A DNA stretch of 64,000 bases, taken from the NCBI RefSeq assembly GCF_006345805.1, contig NC_043000.1, positions 50,530,001-50,594,000 of the forward strand, read 5' to 3'. The notes beneath the pieces are model-generated. The model ran no database searches. It worked only from the letters and a program-made list of their open reading frames with translations, and was not told the origin of the DNA. Each line of letters begins with the position of its first letter. The stretch's first letter is position 1. Shown here piece after piece: positions 39,386-51,160 of this stretch. This DNA is from Octopus sinensis. Its lineage: Eukaryota. A program made the translations under genes and the position numbers.

Positions 39386-39936
39386 GAGTTATTCAAAAAG
39401 AAAGAGCAGAATTTTGAATTTATTTAATAAATATACGGTAATAGGCACAAACACATTCTACATATTTCTTGGTAGGGGAAGGTTTAAAGTTTATTTTAAG
39501 GTAGTATGCACTCAGCATGAGCACCATGAGCACTGGTGCTTTTTTCCTTTACAAATGCAACCTTTTTCTGTGAAATTTTTATGCCATTCATAAACTTGCT
39601 TGTGACAAGGTAGATTTTTATTGAATTGACGGCAAAATTCACATTGCATTTGCACAATCGATTTGCATTTCTCAAACTACAGTACACAAAAAGACTTTTC
39701 TCGTGGCATTGCTATTTTCTAAGGGATTACACAAATGAAAATTATACAACTTCAATAAAATGAAACATTAAAACAAAATTAAAAGATTATTTTATTTAAG
39801 GGTTAATTCAATTGAACATGTTCAGCTACTAACATTAAAACTTCCCCTATCAAGAAATATGTAGAATGTGTTTGTGTCTCTTACTGTTTGTTTAAATAAT
39901 AAATTTGAAATCTGCTCTTTCTTTTTGAATAACCCT
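39384..39936 (-). mobile_element. Non-autonomous Tc1/mariner (maT/DD37D-like) deletion derivative
   Basis: TIR core GTTATTCAAAAAGAAAGAGCAGA is an exact inverse at both ends; TA flanks; minus strand encodes IAMPREKSFCVL*FEK..VYEWHKNFTEKGCICKGK fused to HGAHAEC. Confidence 0.85.
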
Positions 39937-40349
39937 TATATATATATATATATATATAATCCAAATAATAAGATAAAGAAATAATATAACACATCTTTAA
40001 TGATTGATTACAATTGTTTCTGTATCAAAATGCTAATTTGCGCAAAAGTTTGAAATGAAAATTTGTGTAGTATTTGTGTTCTAGACATTAAGAGCAGCAC
40101 TTCATCAGACTTGCATCAAAAGTGCACTCTTACAATGTGCATTTGCCAGGCTTTGTCTTATGCTTACATCAGGAGGAAAGAAAAAGTACATCTAAGTAAA
40201 TAAAAGTATGTTAAGAGAATGAATAAATATTCATTCCATTATACTAATTATAATTAGTATAAAGAATGTGTGAGAGGAGATTAGTAATATTAATAATAAT
40301 AATAATTTGTTTTTTTTTTTCATAGTGTATGAGATAATTATTTCTAATA

Positions 40350-40437
40350 TAGGCACTAAGCACTTGCTCTTGACAGGTACTTTATTTTCTTGACCCTGGA
40401 AGGATGAAAGATAAAATTATTCTTGGTGGGATTTTTC
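40350..40437 (-). mobile_element. SINE family B core fragment
   Basis: caggtactttattttcttgaccctggaaggatgaaagataaa. Confidence 0.6.
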
Positions 40438-40939
40438 TGCTTGTTCCTGAAATGTGAAAACATGCTTTTTAATATTTCTGAGAGATATCTGAGTCATCAT
40501 GGAAATTATGATTATCTCACAAAAGTATATTTCAATATACTTTATATCTTGAAATAAATCAGTATGCATGAATTATAAGTCAGTTTAATAGGTCTCAGTA
40601 TATTATTTGTGCAATTATTTTAAATATTAAAATCTGGAATGATGAGAATCAAAGTTGACGTTTTTTAGTTGGAATTGACAAAATATTATATACTTTAATA
40701 ATATTTGTTACTATGTATTTGCTACTAATTTTTTAACTAAATACTGATTCTAATTTGTTGGTATAAAGTGATGTATGTGTGATTAACACATATTAGTAGG
40801 CAATTCTGTTTGAGATTATCAAATATTCAACTTAATTTTGTGGTTAGTGATAAATTTATTGAAAACAATATGATAAAGCATCACTGGAACAATAATGGTG
40901 CTAGAACTAAGTTTTTACCTATTTTTATTCATGTGGGCA

Positions 40940-41172
40940 TGGAGGCATGTGGTTTGGTAGTCTGTTGCGCTTATGATTGGTAGATTTTGGATGTGATTCC
41001 TGGACCAGGCAATGTGTTCTGTTCTTGATCAAACACTTTATTTCATGATACTCCATTCAGCTAGCAAAAATGAATAATCCTGCAATGGACCAGCATTCTG
41101 TCCAGTTGGGGAGTATATATGTCACAGAATCTGGAAAACCAGCCTACAGCTTTGGAAAGAGCTTTCATCTTT
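40940..41172 (+). mobile_element. SINE family C
   Basis: ggaggcatgtggtt head; gattcctggaccaggcaatgtgttctgttcttgatcaaacacttta body. Confidence 0.75.
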
Positions 41173-41469
41173 GTCTTTAATGTAGACATATGACTGCAAT
41201 AATAACTCAACATTTTTGTTTTCTTTGTAATATAGACATGTCAGTATGAATTGATATTTTTGTTGCTAACAAGTTGCAATGAACTGTAGTATATTTTCTG
41301 CAAGCATGGAACATGGGTATTAAATAATGAGGATGATGATGTGTTTAATTGTTCTAACTTTATGAATGAACAGCAAGAAGGCATTAGCAGGGATAAAATT
41401 CAATCTAAAAACTAAGTTTCAGTTCGCATATTATTCAGTTTATGGGTAAAACTATATCTTATTTGTTAA

Positions 41470-41925
41470 GTGAAAAATAATTGTTATTTTGACAGTCATT
41501 TTACCACGAGATATCCATTATCATCATATGATATGTAGATGGATTGATGATAACCAATCCTCATAAGTTTCCGGCCAGAGCAATTTACCGTGTTTGCTGA
41601 TTTCAACAACACTACTTTCTCTGCTAGGAACTCTGTTATTGAATAGAGTAGGAGTGAGTGATCTATACATAGGTGGCCGCTTGTGAGTTTCAGTGTACTT
41701 GAACAATAAAGTATTTTGTCAGGAATTAAATACATCTTGATTATACTTACCTTGTTGTTATTACCATTGATGTTGTCATCAATATTAGTTTTGCTGTCAT
41801 TCAGGTTTGTATTTGGCAAGCGAAATAATTTAAGGTCTAAAACATATTTACCTACATTCAAGGAGGTTCATTCCAAAGAAATTAGTTGGTACATTTCCAG
41901 AACAAATAACTGATGCAAAAACTCT
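41470..41925 (-). pseudogene. piggyBac (PGBD4-like) transposase fossil
   Basis: Ordered motifs across frameshifts: FASVI.SGN/YQLIS, FRP, TNIDDNI, KVSIIKMYLIPDK, SGHLC, EKVVL, SGRKL/EDWLSSIHL; cf. MSRNRYxLI, KIRP, SIDExM, KGRxxxKQYxPxK, GY, VVL, GRxxxxDNWFTSxxL. Confidence 0.55.
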
Positions 41926-42383
41926 TACATGAGTTGAATTTATGTTTGACTCTTGGATTTATTTATTTGTTTGTTCATCTAGTTAATTATCTATATTTCT
42001 GTCTTCGAAAAACAGCTTAATGAATACATTAAAAAGAAAAAGAAAAAAAGAAGATATTTGTATTTATAATGAATGCACGTAGATGAAATTGTTTCTGCTC
42101 TGTTTTTTTCTTAGAAATTATGCAGAGATTTTCAAAATAAAGCAAATTACATTATGATTTTGATCTACATAAGCAGGAATATTTGTGCCTCTTTGAAAGG
42201 AATACTGCAATAGAAAGCTACCAAATTAGTATAAATCTTAAAATAAGCACGGACAACAATAAACTTGGTGCCAAATTTTGCATTGCATCTGTAATGTAAT
42301 TCTGTGTAAGAATGAATTTAGACAAAAACAGATTTGGTTTCATAAATTATCGCATGAACTTGGTGGTTCCATTGTATAGTAAC

Positions 42384-42628
42384 TTTTTTTTTGTTGTTTT
42401 TGTTTTTTTTTTGTTTTTCCAGTTTCAGCTCTTGAGCTGTGGCCATGCTGGGGCACCGCCATTGTGGTGAAAGAGTACAGCAGGGTTCACCACCCCCTGC
42501 CGGAGCCTCGTAGAGCTTTTAGGTGTTTTCGCTCAATAAACACACACAACGCCCGGTCTGAGAATCGAAACCGCGATCCTGCGACCGCGAGTCCGCTGCC
42601 CTAACCACTAGGCCATTGCGCCTCTACA
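42384..42628 (-). mobile_element. SINE family D head fused to the hairpin tail (chimeric)
   Basis: 42464-42628 aligns to 60788-60950; 42421-42460 is the GGCGGTGCCCCAGCATGGCC hairpin tail; A/C-rich 3' end. Confidence 0.88.
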
Positions 42629-43832
42629 TATATATATGGATATGGATCTTAGTGTTCTGTTTACATTAGCACAAAAATTCTTAAGTATAAATACATATAC
42701 ACACTAAAGACTACAAACCTAAGCAATTGATTGTGTATATGAGCTACTTTGGATATATGCTTTCAAAGGCATACACTTGTCATAGACTTATTGATATACA
42801 TACATGTATGCAGTAAACAGAAGCAAATTATGCATGCATGAACACACACATGCACACACGTCAATGCACACTCACACATACACACATGCAATAATCAAAG
42901 TTTTAAACAAAATCTGGAAATAAATTTTGATAGCTGTTCTTAAATGTAAAAGCATTTTCTTCACAGAGTAGTATTTCATTATCAAGACAAGCAAATTGAC
43001 TGCCAACTTTGCTATGCTAAAATTTAAAAGAAGTTAAATGGAAAAGACTATGTTTAATTAAATAAATGCATGCACACTCCCACGAGCATGTACATGGATA
43101 CAGAGTACACTTGGACATCTAAAACACTCTTTAAAATTAGTTTTGTTCAGTCTTAATTCAATTATTTACTATATTATATTTAATTTCTCTTAGTTGTTTG
43201 TTGTTTTCTATGTGTATAACTACAAGCACATTTACCTATGTTGTATTGATTGAAGAGACTTGATCAAAATGAAATGTTTTCTTTGTAAGTAGTAAATATA
43301 TAGTATTGCTTTAATGATTAGGGACTATTCTTTGCATTTTTATTTCATAAGAATTATTCAGTCTTTCTATAAGTTCAGCATTGTTATTTTTCAACATATT
43401 TTTTGAGATTAGTCTCTTTTAATATTATACTGTCATGTGTTTGGCAAATTCGTTGCACACACATAGACTGTAGTAATGAGAATCTTTGAGCATTCTAGCT
43501 ATTTGTGACATTAGCGTCTGAAAAAATGTTAATATTCTATATTTTGTGAGATTTGACTGGCATGTGGTATCTGGACACCTCTGACTGATAATTTCCAGTG
43601 GAATGAAATTATATGAGATGGGACTTCTTGCACACATGACAGATAATTCTTGTCTGCTATCATCTATGTGTGTTCTTTTATGCACCAAATTCCTATATGA
43701 GATGATCTCTCAAGACTAATAACACAATATTCACTGTTCTAACAAGATATCTATATTAAGCTGGATATAAAGATTAACGTTTGGTATTAATACCACTTCC
43801 TTTGCTAATAATGTATATATTACTGTAAATAT

Positions 43833-44242
43833 AGGTGCAAGAGAGGCTGTATGGTAAGTAGCTTGCTTACCAACCACATGGTTCTGGGTTCAGTCCCACT
43901 GCATGGCACCTTGGGCAAGTGTCTTCTACTATAGCCTCGGGCCGACCAAAGCCTTGTGAATGGATTTGGTAGATGGAAACTGAAAGAAGCTTGTCGTATA
44001 TATGTATATATATATATATGTGTGTGTGTGTATGTGTGTCTGTCTTTGTCCCCCCAACATCGCTTGACAACCGATGCTAGTGTGTTTACGTCCCTGTAAC
44101 TTAGCGGTTCAGCAAAAGAGACCTATAGAATAAGTACTAGGCTTACAAAGAATAAGTCCTGGGGTCGATTTGCTCGGCTAAAGGCGGTGCTCCAGCATGG
44201 CCACAGTCAAATGACTGAAACAAGTAAAAGAGTAAAAGAGTA
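43833..44242 (+). mobile_element. SINE family A, full length
   Basis: Head ggctgtatggtaag..ggttcagtccc, CORE-like ccttgggcaagtg, internal (AT)(GT), tail cagtcaaatgactgaaacaagtaaaagagtaaaagag. Confidence 0.93.
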
Positions 44243-45189
44243 ATATCATCTGTAATTTCATTGCCTGGTAATTTTATCATAAGCCAATGTACTGTTGAAG
44301 TCATCATCATGCTTTTTATCTATAGTGTAAATATCTTACTAAGCATTAAAGTTTTTAATTGCAGTGTAAACTCACTGCAATCCATCAATAACGAAAAAAA
44401 ATTGAAGAACAAAATATTTTTAATTTCCTAATCCTAAATTTATACTTGATGAAGAAAACATGTCAAAATTTATATTAAGAATAAAATCACACATACTCAC
44501 AGTAAAAAGATAACACTAGTTTGAATTATTGGAAGGAAGAAACACTCTAAAATGACAGATTATGAGCAGTACCTCTTAAACCAGTATTTTGTAATTTTGA
44601 TATTCATTTGTGATATGTTGAATTGTTGCAGTAGTCTTTTTATATTTCTTCCTGCAATGTTTCTTGATTGCTCTTTTCTCAAGATTTCTAAAATTTTACA
44701 AATTGTTGGATGGAATCATCTTTTTATATATTGTAAATAAAACTTTAATGTTTAGTAATGAAATTACTCTGCAGATAAAAATCTTGGTGATGAGTTTACT
44801 GACAATATACTTGGTATGACAATGAATTTGTCAGCAATGTCCTGGCTTATGTAAATACCTTGTGATGAAATTACAGGCAATATATTTGCCATGATGTGAT
44901 TATTTGTGATTAATTTGCATCAAACAATACTGTATTACCTTACATTTATAGATTTTTATCAGTGTTTGTTAAAGAGAGATGTAAATAGCATGATTTTATA
45001 TACAATATATTCTTGGACAAAAAGCAAAATAGTAGGGATCTACTAGATTAGTTTCAATTCATTTGTTGTGATTATATCTGTGACTGAGTACTCATTTTAA
45101 TTACCTATGAAAATACTGCTTGTAAATCCTGTCCTGCTAAGGGCTTAATTCAATTCAATGAACTGATTTACGTATATACAAACAAGAGA

Positions 45190-45800
45190 GACTGAGACAA
45201 GTCTATTTTGAGCTTCTTTGTTGGGTGGTGATGCTTATCCAATGGCTAATCCATTGCAGACAGTGCCTCATATGGCTTTAGGACTTGGTTATAGCAACAG
45301 CAGCAGCGCCTCTTACCCAGGGATTTTAGGCAGCTGCTTAGGGTGTGCTCCAGGATCCCTTATCTTAAACACAGATGTCAAACTGGTGACTGCACTTCTC
45401 TCCAGAACAAGCTAGATGCATTTGGTAGAATGTTGTTGAATACTTGGAGCAAGAATTTAATTTGATGAAACCATGTTACTTGACACACACACTGCTTGCT
45501 TCCATCTTAACCACTTTTTCTAGTGATGCCTTCCAGCAAGTTTGCTGTTCTGTTTTTCCTTGATATTTGCTCACATCTCATTCAGGATTAGTACCCTCAT
45601 GTTTTCCTCTGCACCTTTTCATACTTACGTCTTGTGCTGCTACCTGGGCTTTATGCCTGCCTGTTCTGATGATCAGTTTCTCAATGACTTACAGCTCAAA
45701 GTCTTACAGCTGTTTCTGGGTATCCAAGTGATAGGCTAGCATGTCCATACACTGGGTATTCCATCATCAGAGACAAAGTGACTATGTATGAAAGTTCTAG
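45190..45800 (-). mobile_element. Hero-like (RLE-type) non-LTR retrotransposon fragment with zinc knuckle
   Basis: QIKFLLQVFNNILPN, SSLFWREVQSPV*HLC and GILEHTLSSCLKSLGKRR..YNQVLK match IKFLIQSVYDVLPS..WGKVESPxCPLC..GTLEHILSCCPKALGEGRY.WRHDQVLK. Confidence 0.75.
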
Positions 45801-45852
45801 ACAGAAATTCACAGTTTATAAAGAATAAAATAGAAGAAACTATCTCTCTCTT

Positions 45853-45857
<5 letters not shown>

Positions 45858-45942
<85 letters not shown>

Positions 45943-45954
45943 AAGGGAGAGAGA
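45858..45954. repeat. Compound (AT)n(AG)n microsatellite
   Basis: Directly visible. Confidence 0.97.
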
Positions 45955-46596
45955 TAGTTTATACCATGCAAAATACATAAGTGAAAGAACAAGTTTATAT
46001 GTTTCACAAATTTTTATCTTTTGAATGACATTATGCAGTTAGAAATAATTCAACAGCTGATACTTTCCAGAAAGTACATTGAGTACATTTCTCTTTTTGA
46101 AATGATAATAAAAAATTGTATTTTGGAAAAAAAAAAGAAAACACTCTTGTGAATTAAGATTTCAAACACTAGTTGTTATTACTTTTATTTTTATGTAGCT
46201 TAGGATTTCATGAGCTGCCTAATGTGGCACCTGAATAATTTTGTAGTTTAGGTGCATATTATTTTCAATTGGAAATTTTGAATTTTCAACATAGGAAAAA
46301 AACAATTGTTTTAGAAAGTTTGCATTTATAATGAACATAAGCAGCATTGTTAATTTATCACACAAAGCATCATTGTTAATGTATTACACAAAGCCAATTA
46401 ATATGTCTAATTTCACTAGTGAATATCAGGAATAATAACAGAGCAAACTGTATATACTTAAATAAAAGTAAAAACATAAATGATGAAAAATGAGATATTT
46501 TGAATATATATATACTTCTGAAAAAGCAGAAATAATTTATGTTTGTATTTATGTTTTGTGTATGCATAAATATGTGTGCTTATGTATGAAATATAT

Positions 46597-46628
46597 ATGT
46601 GTGCATGTGTGTGTGTGTTTATATATAC

Positions 46629-46686
<58 letters not shown>

Positions 46687-46717
46687 TTATATATACGTAT
46701 ATATATATATATATATC
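46597..46717. repeat. Duplicated (GT)n-TTATATATACG-(TA)n compound microsatellite
   Basis: The same interrupting junction occurs twice. Confidence 0.9.
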
Positions 46718-46964
46718 GAGAAAGAGAGAAAGAAACGTGTATTTCTCTGGAATATATGTAATATTAGACCTTTATATAAAGTTCATTATTTTGATGTTTA
46801 CTTTCTTATTTCAGATATTAGAATTTATTCTTTGCAATGTTAAATTCAGTTTCTAAAATATTACAAGTTTATGTTTCTATTTTATTTTTCTTTGTATATA
46901 AATTTTTCTTAAATGTGACAGATACATATTCCATCACAGACTATTTCCCCAATAGATTAAAAAT

Positions 46965-47671
46965 TATTTGATCATATCTGCTTTTGCAAAGATTGTTTGT
47001 AATTTTTCCTCCAGGAAAAGTATTTAGAAAGTTATTTCTTCCTTTAGCAGTTGAAAAAAATTTAGAAAAGAAATTCTCATAAAATGGTTAAAGACTGTGG
47101 AATACATTTATACATTTTTCATGGATGCAAGTAAAAGAATTACCTGTGTGAAGAATATATACTAGATGTTAGAATTTAAAGTTCATTTTCATGTAAAATT
47201 CTTTTTGGGTTTTGTAGGAAAGAATAACGCTAAAATTTATATGTCAGAAAAGAAAAGGGAAATATAAATAATGTACATATGAAGTATTATATAGCAAATG
47301 TAGCTGGGAAATATTACAAATCCTTATGTCAACTTGTAGATAAATCAAGGATATAAATGAAGGTACCAGACTAATTTTTGTATAGAATTCAGTTTCATTT
47401 ATAATTTTTTAAATTTTAACTCTTACTTGCATTAATAAAATTACTATGATATTTTAGCATTATCAGGATATGTTTGTCAGAAGAAGCAACCTGATGAATC
47501 AAGTTAGGTATGAATTAACTAATAAACTTTCGTATCTCAGATTGGTGCATATATCTAATATCACTTTATATTTAAATTCTCAGCAGTTCATATTTGATCA
47601 TATCTGCTTTTGCAAAGATTGTTTGTAATTTTTCCTCCAGGAAAAGTATTTAGAAAGTTATTTCTTCCTTT
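46965..47671 (+). repeat. Exact 81-bp dispersed direct repeat (46965-47045 and 47591-47671)
   Basis: Base-by-base comparison shows identity. Confidence 0.95.
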
Positions 47672-47699
47672 GATTCACGTAGTTATTTCTTGTTACAAA

Positions 47700-47950
47700 G
47701 GTAAAAAGTTCCTTCCCAAGTCATGTAGACTCATGGAACCAGTTCCTTGGATTCTTAGGCAAATTAACTCCCCACTGGAAGGGATGTCAGTCCATTGCAG
47801 GAATACTCTTTTTTTCTAGCTGAGGGGACTGGAGTAATGTGAAATGAAGTGTTTTGCACAAGCACAAAACACATTGTCCAGTCCAACAATCAAAACCACA
47901 ATCTTATGATCATGAGTGCAACACCCTAACTTAGTGAACCACGTGCTTCT
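47700..47950 (-). mobile_element. SINE family C
   Basis: gactggagtaatgtgaaatgaagtgttttgcacaag...gatcatgagtgcaacaccctaac. Confidence 0.8.
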
Positions 47951-48431
47951 GCTGGTTGTTACAAACATCAAGTGAAATTGGGGCACCTTTTTCTGTTGGG
48001 CATTAGTATACCTGTATCCATACATGTTATATGTGTATGTATGTAATGTATGACTGTAATTATCTTATGGGATAAAATATTTCATAGTAAAATAACAACA
48101 AATTATTTTTAATTATAATAATTATATTTTTGTATTTAATTTAAGAAGCTGTGGTAGATGCTTTCTTGTGGAATGAGTAATGCTGTTACCTGGAAAATGA
48201 TAGATAGTTACTTTGAATCCAATCAAAGGTTCAATATTTCTTTTCCTAATTTAGTATATTGAATTTAATTTTACATTAGAAGATTAGTTTAAAGTGTAAA
48301 GTGAAAGTTTGAAGATCTTGTTATTACAATTAGTTATATTTTAGGCAGTGCTTAAACTCAATTTAAAGCAAGTATACTGGTAGGAAATTAATACTTTGCA
48401 TATGATAATGCCTTAGAAAGATACATACAGA

Positions 48432-48730
48432 GGTCTGTTTTCTAGATTTTGTGGCATATATATTCTTCCCCTGGATGTGATGCCAGCCCATCACAGAATT
48501 ACTAATTTTTGTTGGCTGAATGGGTTGGAGCAACATGAAATGAAATGTTCTGCTCAAGAACACAACACACTGTCTGGTCCAGGAATTGAAATAAGAATCT
48601 TATGATTATGAGCACAACATCATGAAATGTTCTGCTCAAGAATACAACACACTGTCTTGTCCAGGAATTGAAATAAGAATCTTATGATTATGAGCACAAC
48701 ATCATAACCTAACCACTGAGAAACATGCCT
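48432..48730 (-). mobile_element. SINE family C with internal 82-bp tandem duplication
   Basis: Units 48541-48622 and 48623-48704 differ at 2 positions. Confidence 0.85.
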
Positions 48731-49789
48731 CTACACAAAATTGTATTTGTATTTCTTGTATATTATTTCTCATACTGTATGTGAAACTCAGTAGATATTT
48801 AGCTGAAGCAACTGAAAAAGTAGTGTAGGACATGTGGTCTACATTATTTATTCACTTGAGATTAATCAATGGAATATACTAGAGTTATTATGGTAGAATT
48901 GACATCTGCTTCATTTTAAAGCTGTGTCATTTTTGTGTGAAATTATTAAGATCTAATTTTCTAAGACAAACTTACTTGTTATCTCTTAGTATTTGAGAAA
49001 ATTTTGCCATATCAATAAAAGAAGTGGTTAATTACAAGGCCTATCATTATCACTACATCAGACAAATTAAATTAGATTGTTAATGCATTTTTTATTCATT
49101 TGTCATGAGAAATTTAAACCTCATAAGTGAAAAGAACAGAGAATAATGATGATGCACTAATGTTGAAGATGATGATGGAATTAATTGCTATAACTAGATA
49201 AACCTACCATTTAATTCAATTAGTATTTAGTCAGTAGCTAAATTTTTATATAGCAATAGTGTAACATATTTAAATCAGACATTTTTGTTCTTTGTTTTGT
49301 TGAAATATATTTATTTTGTTTTGGCAATTGTTATAAATCAATGTTTGAAAGACTATATTTTAGTGTATTAAGGCTGAGTGACAAGCTAGAGACTTTTCAT
49401 AGCTTTTTATTCGAAATGCATCATTTTGTGTCAGATTTAAGTAGCTTAGATTTATTTTTAATAAGAGAACAATTATGAATAAATGAAATATTTTTCCATG
49501 TGACTGTTAGTTTCTCTCAAACCTTTTATGTTTATGATGACAATTTCTCAAGTAATTGTCAGTATGATGAAGGTACATAAGACTTAATGGGTACACATAT
49601 CAGTAAGATAAATACAATAAGTAATAAGATATAATCTATTATTGTAGCAAAAGAAAGCACATAATTGTTTTTACTTCTGCTAAGTTGATTCTTATCTCAG
49701 GAATTTTTGCCTGCCAAATATTTTAGATTTACTCAGTCTTTGATAGCCCTCACCTTATTTCTTGACATTCAAATTTTATTTATGAAATT

Positions 49790-49808
49790 TTTGTTGTTGT
49801 TGTTGTTA

Positions 49809-49843
<35 letters not shown>
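49790..49843. repeat. (TTG)n(TTA)n microsatellite
   Basis: Directly visible. Confidence 0.95.
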
Positions 49844-49844
<1 letters not shown>

Positions 49845-50569
49845 GTCTTGGTTTTGATTGAAGCCTTTGCGTGTGTCTGATAAGTAAGACATACACCTAG
49901 TTTTACTGTTTTCCTCTTCAGATTATTGCTTTCTAAGTTATTCATAGGGGGACCATCATATTGAAAAACCCAACAGTAGATGACTGCAAACTGTTGTAAG
50001 TGTTGTTGTCACTGGTCCATTTGAAACATTAGACATGATTTTCTCTCTGACAAATGAAAAATCGATGAAACAATGACATCTGTAATATTTCTGTTTTTCA
50101 ATAACTGAAATAAGTATTAGCTTATTATATTTATTATACACATAAGTTAACTGATTTTAACATCACTTTCTCTATAAAGATTTTCATATGATTTATACAT
50201 GTATAGAAAATACAGGCAATAGATGGTAATATTAGTGGAGAAGCTTACAAAATTCTATGTGTATTTAGTTGTTTTCATATATGCTAAATTTTAATTCTAT
50301 TGAGGTTATCATTGTCGCTTATTATCTTTCCAGGGTTTATTAAATACATACCAGTGAAATAATGGGGTTATATAATAAACTGCTCATCTTATACCAAATT
50401 TGTGGCCTTCTACTCATGTTAGAAATCCATGTATATTTGAAAGAGGGATGGATGGCATATTGTCTTGAAGTATTTACTTACATATTCTGACTTCACCAAG
50501 ATGAATTTTTCATGTCATTAGTCCAGTCTTGTGCAAAGGTTTTAATTAAATCAACACAGAGTGTGTACT

Positions 50570-50810
50570 GGGTGGTTTTTATATGGCACTGGACTAGTGA
50601 GGTCACCAAATAACTTGCAAGATAGAACTCTTCAACAGAAGTGGGTTGTAGTATTGAGGGAGGGAGATTTACGCCGCTGATAAGATAATGTATGACAGAG
50701 GAACAGAAACAGGTGTGTTGCAGTAGAGGAAATACATGGCTACCTCTGTTGGAAAAGGAAAGAAATTTGGTGAATAGGTGTCAGCACATATTCTCAAGTT
50801 AGAGAAAGGT
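50570..50810 (-). mobile_element. Family E-related element, diverged
   Basis: agtgtgtactgggtggtttttatatggcactgg..gaggtcacc resembles 4805-4860. Confidence 0.45.
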
Positions 50811-50914
50811 TTACATAAAAGAAGTGATGCAGAAGATTGGACAGAGTGAATGAGTATGCAAGTTCATGAGAGTGTAAAAAATGAGATGAATGTAGTAAAG
50901 GGCTAACATGAGCT

Positions 50915-50997
50915 TATATATATATATATTATATATATATATGTGTGTGTGTGTGTGTACCTCAATAAATATATATATATATGTGTGTGTGTACCTC

Positions 50998-51035
<38 letters not shown>

Positions 51036-51040
51036 ACCTC

Positions 51041-51076
<36 letters not shown>

Positions 51077-51082
51077 ACCTCA

Positions 51083-51114
<32 letters not shown>

Positions 51115-51120
51115 ACCTCA

Positions 51121-51154
<34 letters not shown>

Positions 51155-51160
51155 ACCTCA
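50915..51160. repeat. Higher-order array of six (AT)n(GT)n-ACCTCA units
   Basis: GTACCTCA recurs six times at roughly 33-43 bp spacing. Confidence 0.95.

Noticed and set aside
42550-42628. tRNA-like sequence (also 60870-60947)
   Set aside because: A/B boxes belong to SINE heads; no complete cloverleaf or terminator, and they run into SINE bodies.
43500-43660. ACGIWTPLT resembling mariner WVPHxL
   Set aside because: Too short and decayed; no TIRs found.
50915-51160. Repeat-spacer appearance suggesting CRISPR
   Set aside because: Eukaryotic context, spacers are microsatellites, no cas genes.
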